A DNA stretch of 64,000 nucleotides from Laetmonice hystrix (Eukaryota): assembly GCA_965235115.1 (NCBI GenBank), contig OZ249440.1, forward strand, positions 10,044,001-10,108,000, in the 5' to 3' direction. The position numbers and the translations under genes were made by a program. Positions 63,718-64,000 of the stretch are shown here, piece after piece. Numbering within the stretch: the first letter of the stretch is position 1; every line of letters begins with the position of its first letter. Below the pieces are notes generated by a model. It did no database searches. It was not told the origin of the DNA and saw only the letters and a program-made list of their open reading frames with translations.

Positions 63718-64000
63718 ACCCTAGTCACACTAGAGGCGGAATGAACCGGAATGCCGTCGGAATGAAAGTTCTTTGTACATTCCTGGATATTCGAAGTGAA
63801 TTCTAAATATTCTGACTGCATTCTGAGTGCATTCCAAATATTCGGGCCCATTCTTGTTGGCGGCCCGAATGTTTTGCTCATGCTCAAAACTTTCGAGGTG
63901 CATTCGAAGTGGAGAAATATCGAACGGCATTCGAAGTGTATTCTAAATGCACTCTGACTGCATTCTAAATATTCTTACGGCATTCCAACAGCATTCGAAA
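63718..64000. mobile_element. Probable non-autonomous DNA transposon, truncated by the window edge
   Basis: Begins accctagtcacact, a TIR-like start. Followed by many gaatg/cattc units, attcgaagtg x3 and ctgactgcattct x2, typical of subterminal repeats. The second terminus is not visible. Confidence 0.5.

Noticed and set aside
14-63930. The ORFs of 60-175 aa in the supplied track as genes
   Set aside because: I recognise no protein family in any of them. They are intronic, often start at non-ATG codons and overlap in several frames, as expected by chance. The real exons are absent from the track.

Overview
Eukaryotic (invertebrate bilaterian) scaffold DNA lying inside one large + strand gene, slit, the secreted Robo ligand. 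Seven short exons (4254-4407, 5504-5575, 18497-18568, 19814-19885, 20552-20623, 21553-21624, 47192-47355; 678 nt), none captured by the ORF track, splice with canonical GT-AG sites into a stop-free 226-codon frame. It encodes the D1-D2 linker and the whole second LRR domain (D2): [228 protein letters not shown] did not find the flanking D1 or D3 exons. About 99% of the window is intron (1.1, 12.9, 1.2, 0.7, 0.9, 25.6 and >16.6 kb). It holds MITE-like inverted-repeat elements, a 33-bp minisatellite, microsatellites, many long G/C homopolymers, two N gaps and several transcription-factor motif clusters. I found no nested gene, autonomous transposon, RNA gene or prokaryotic system, and no convincing novel biological system. 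The best leads are inferred cis-regulatory clusters (E2-box and nuclear-receptor arrays) and a candidate cryptic exon that would stop Slit right after D2.
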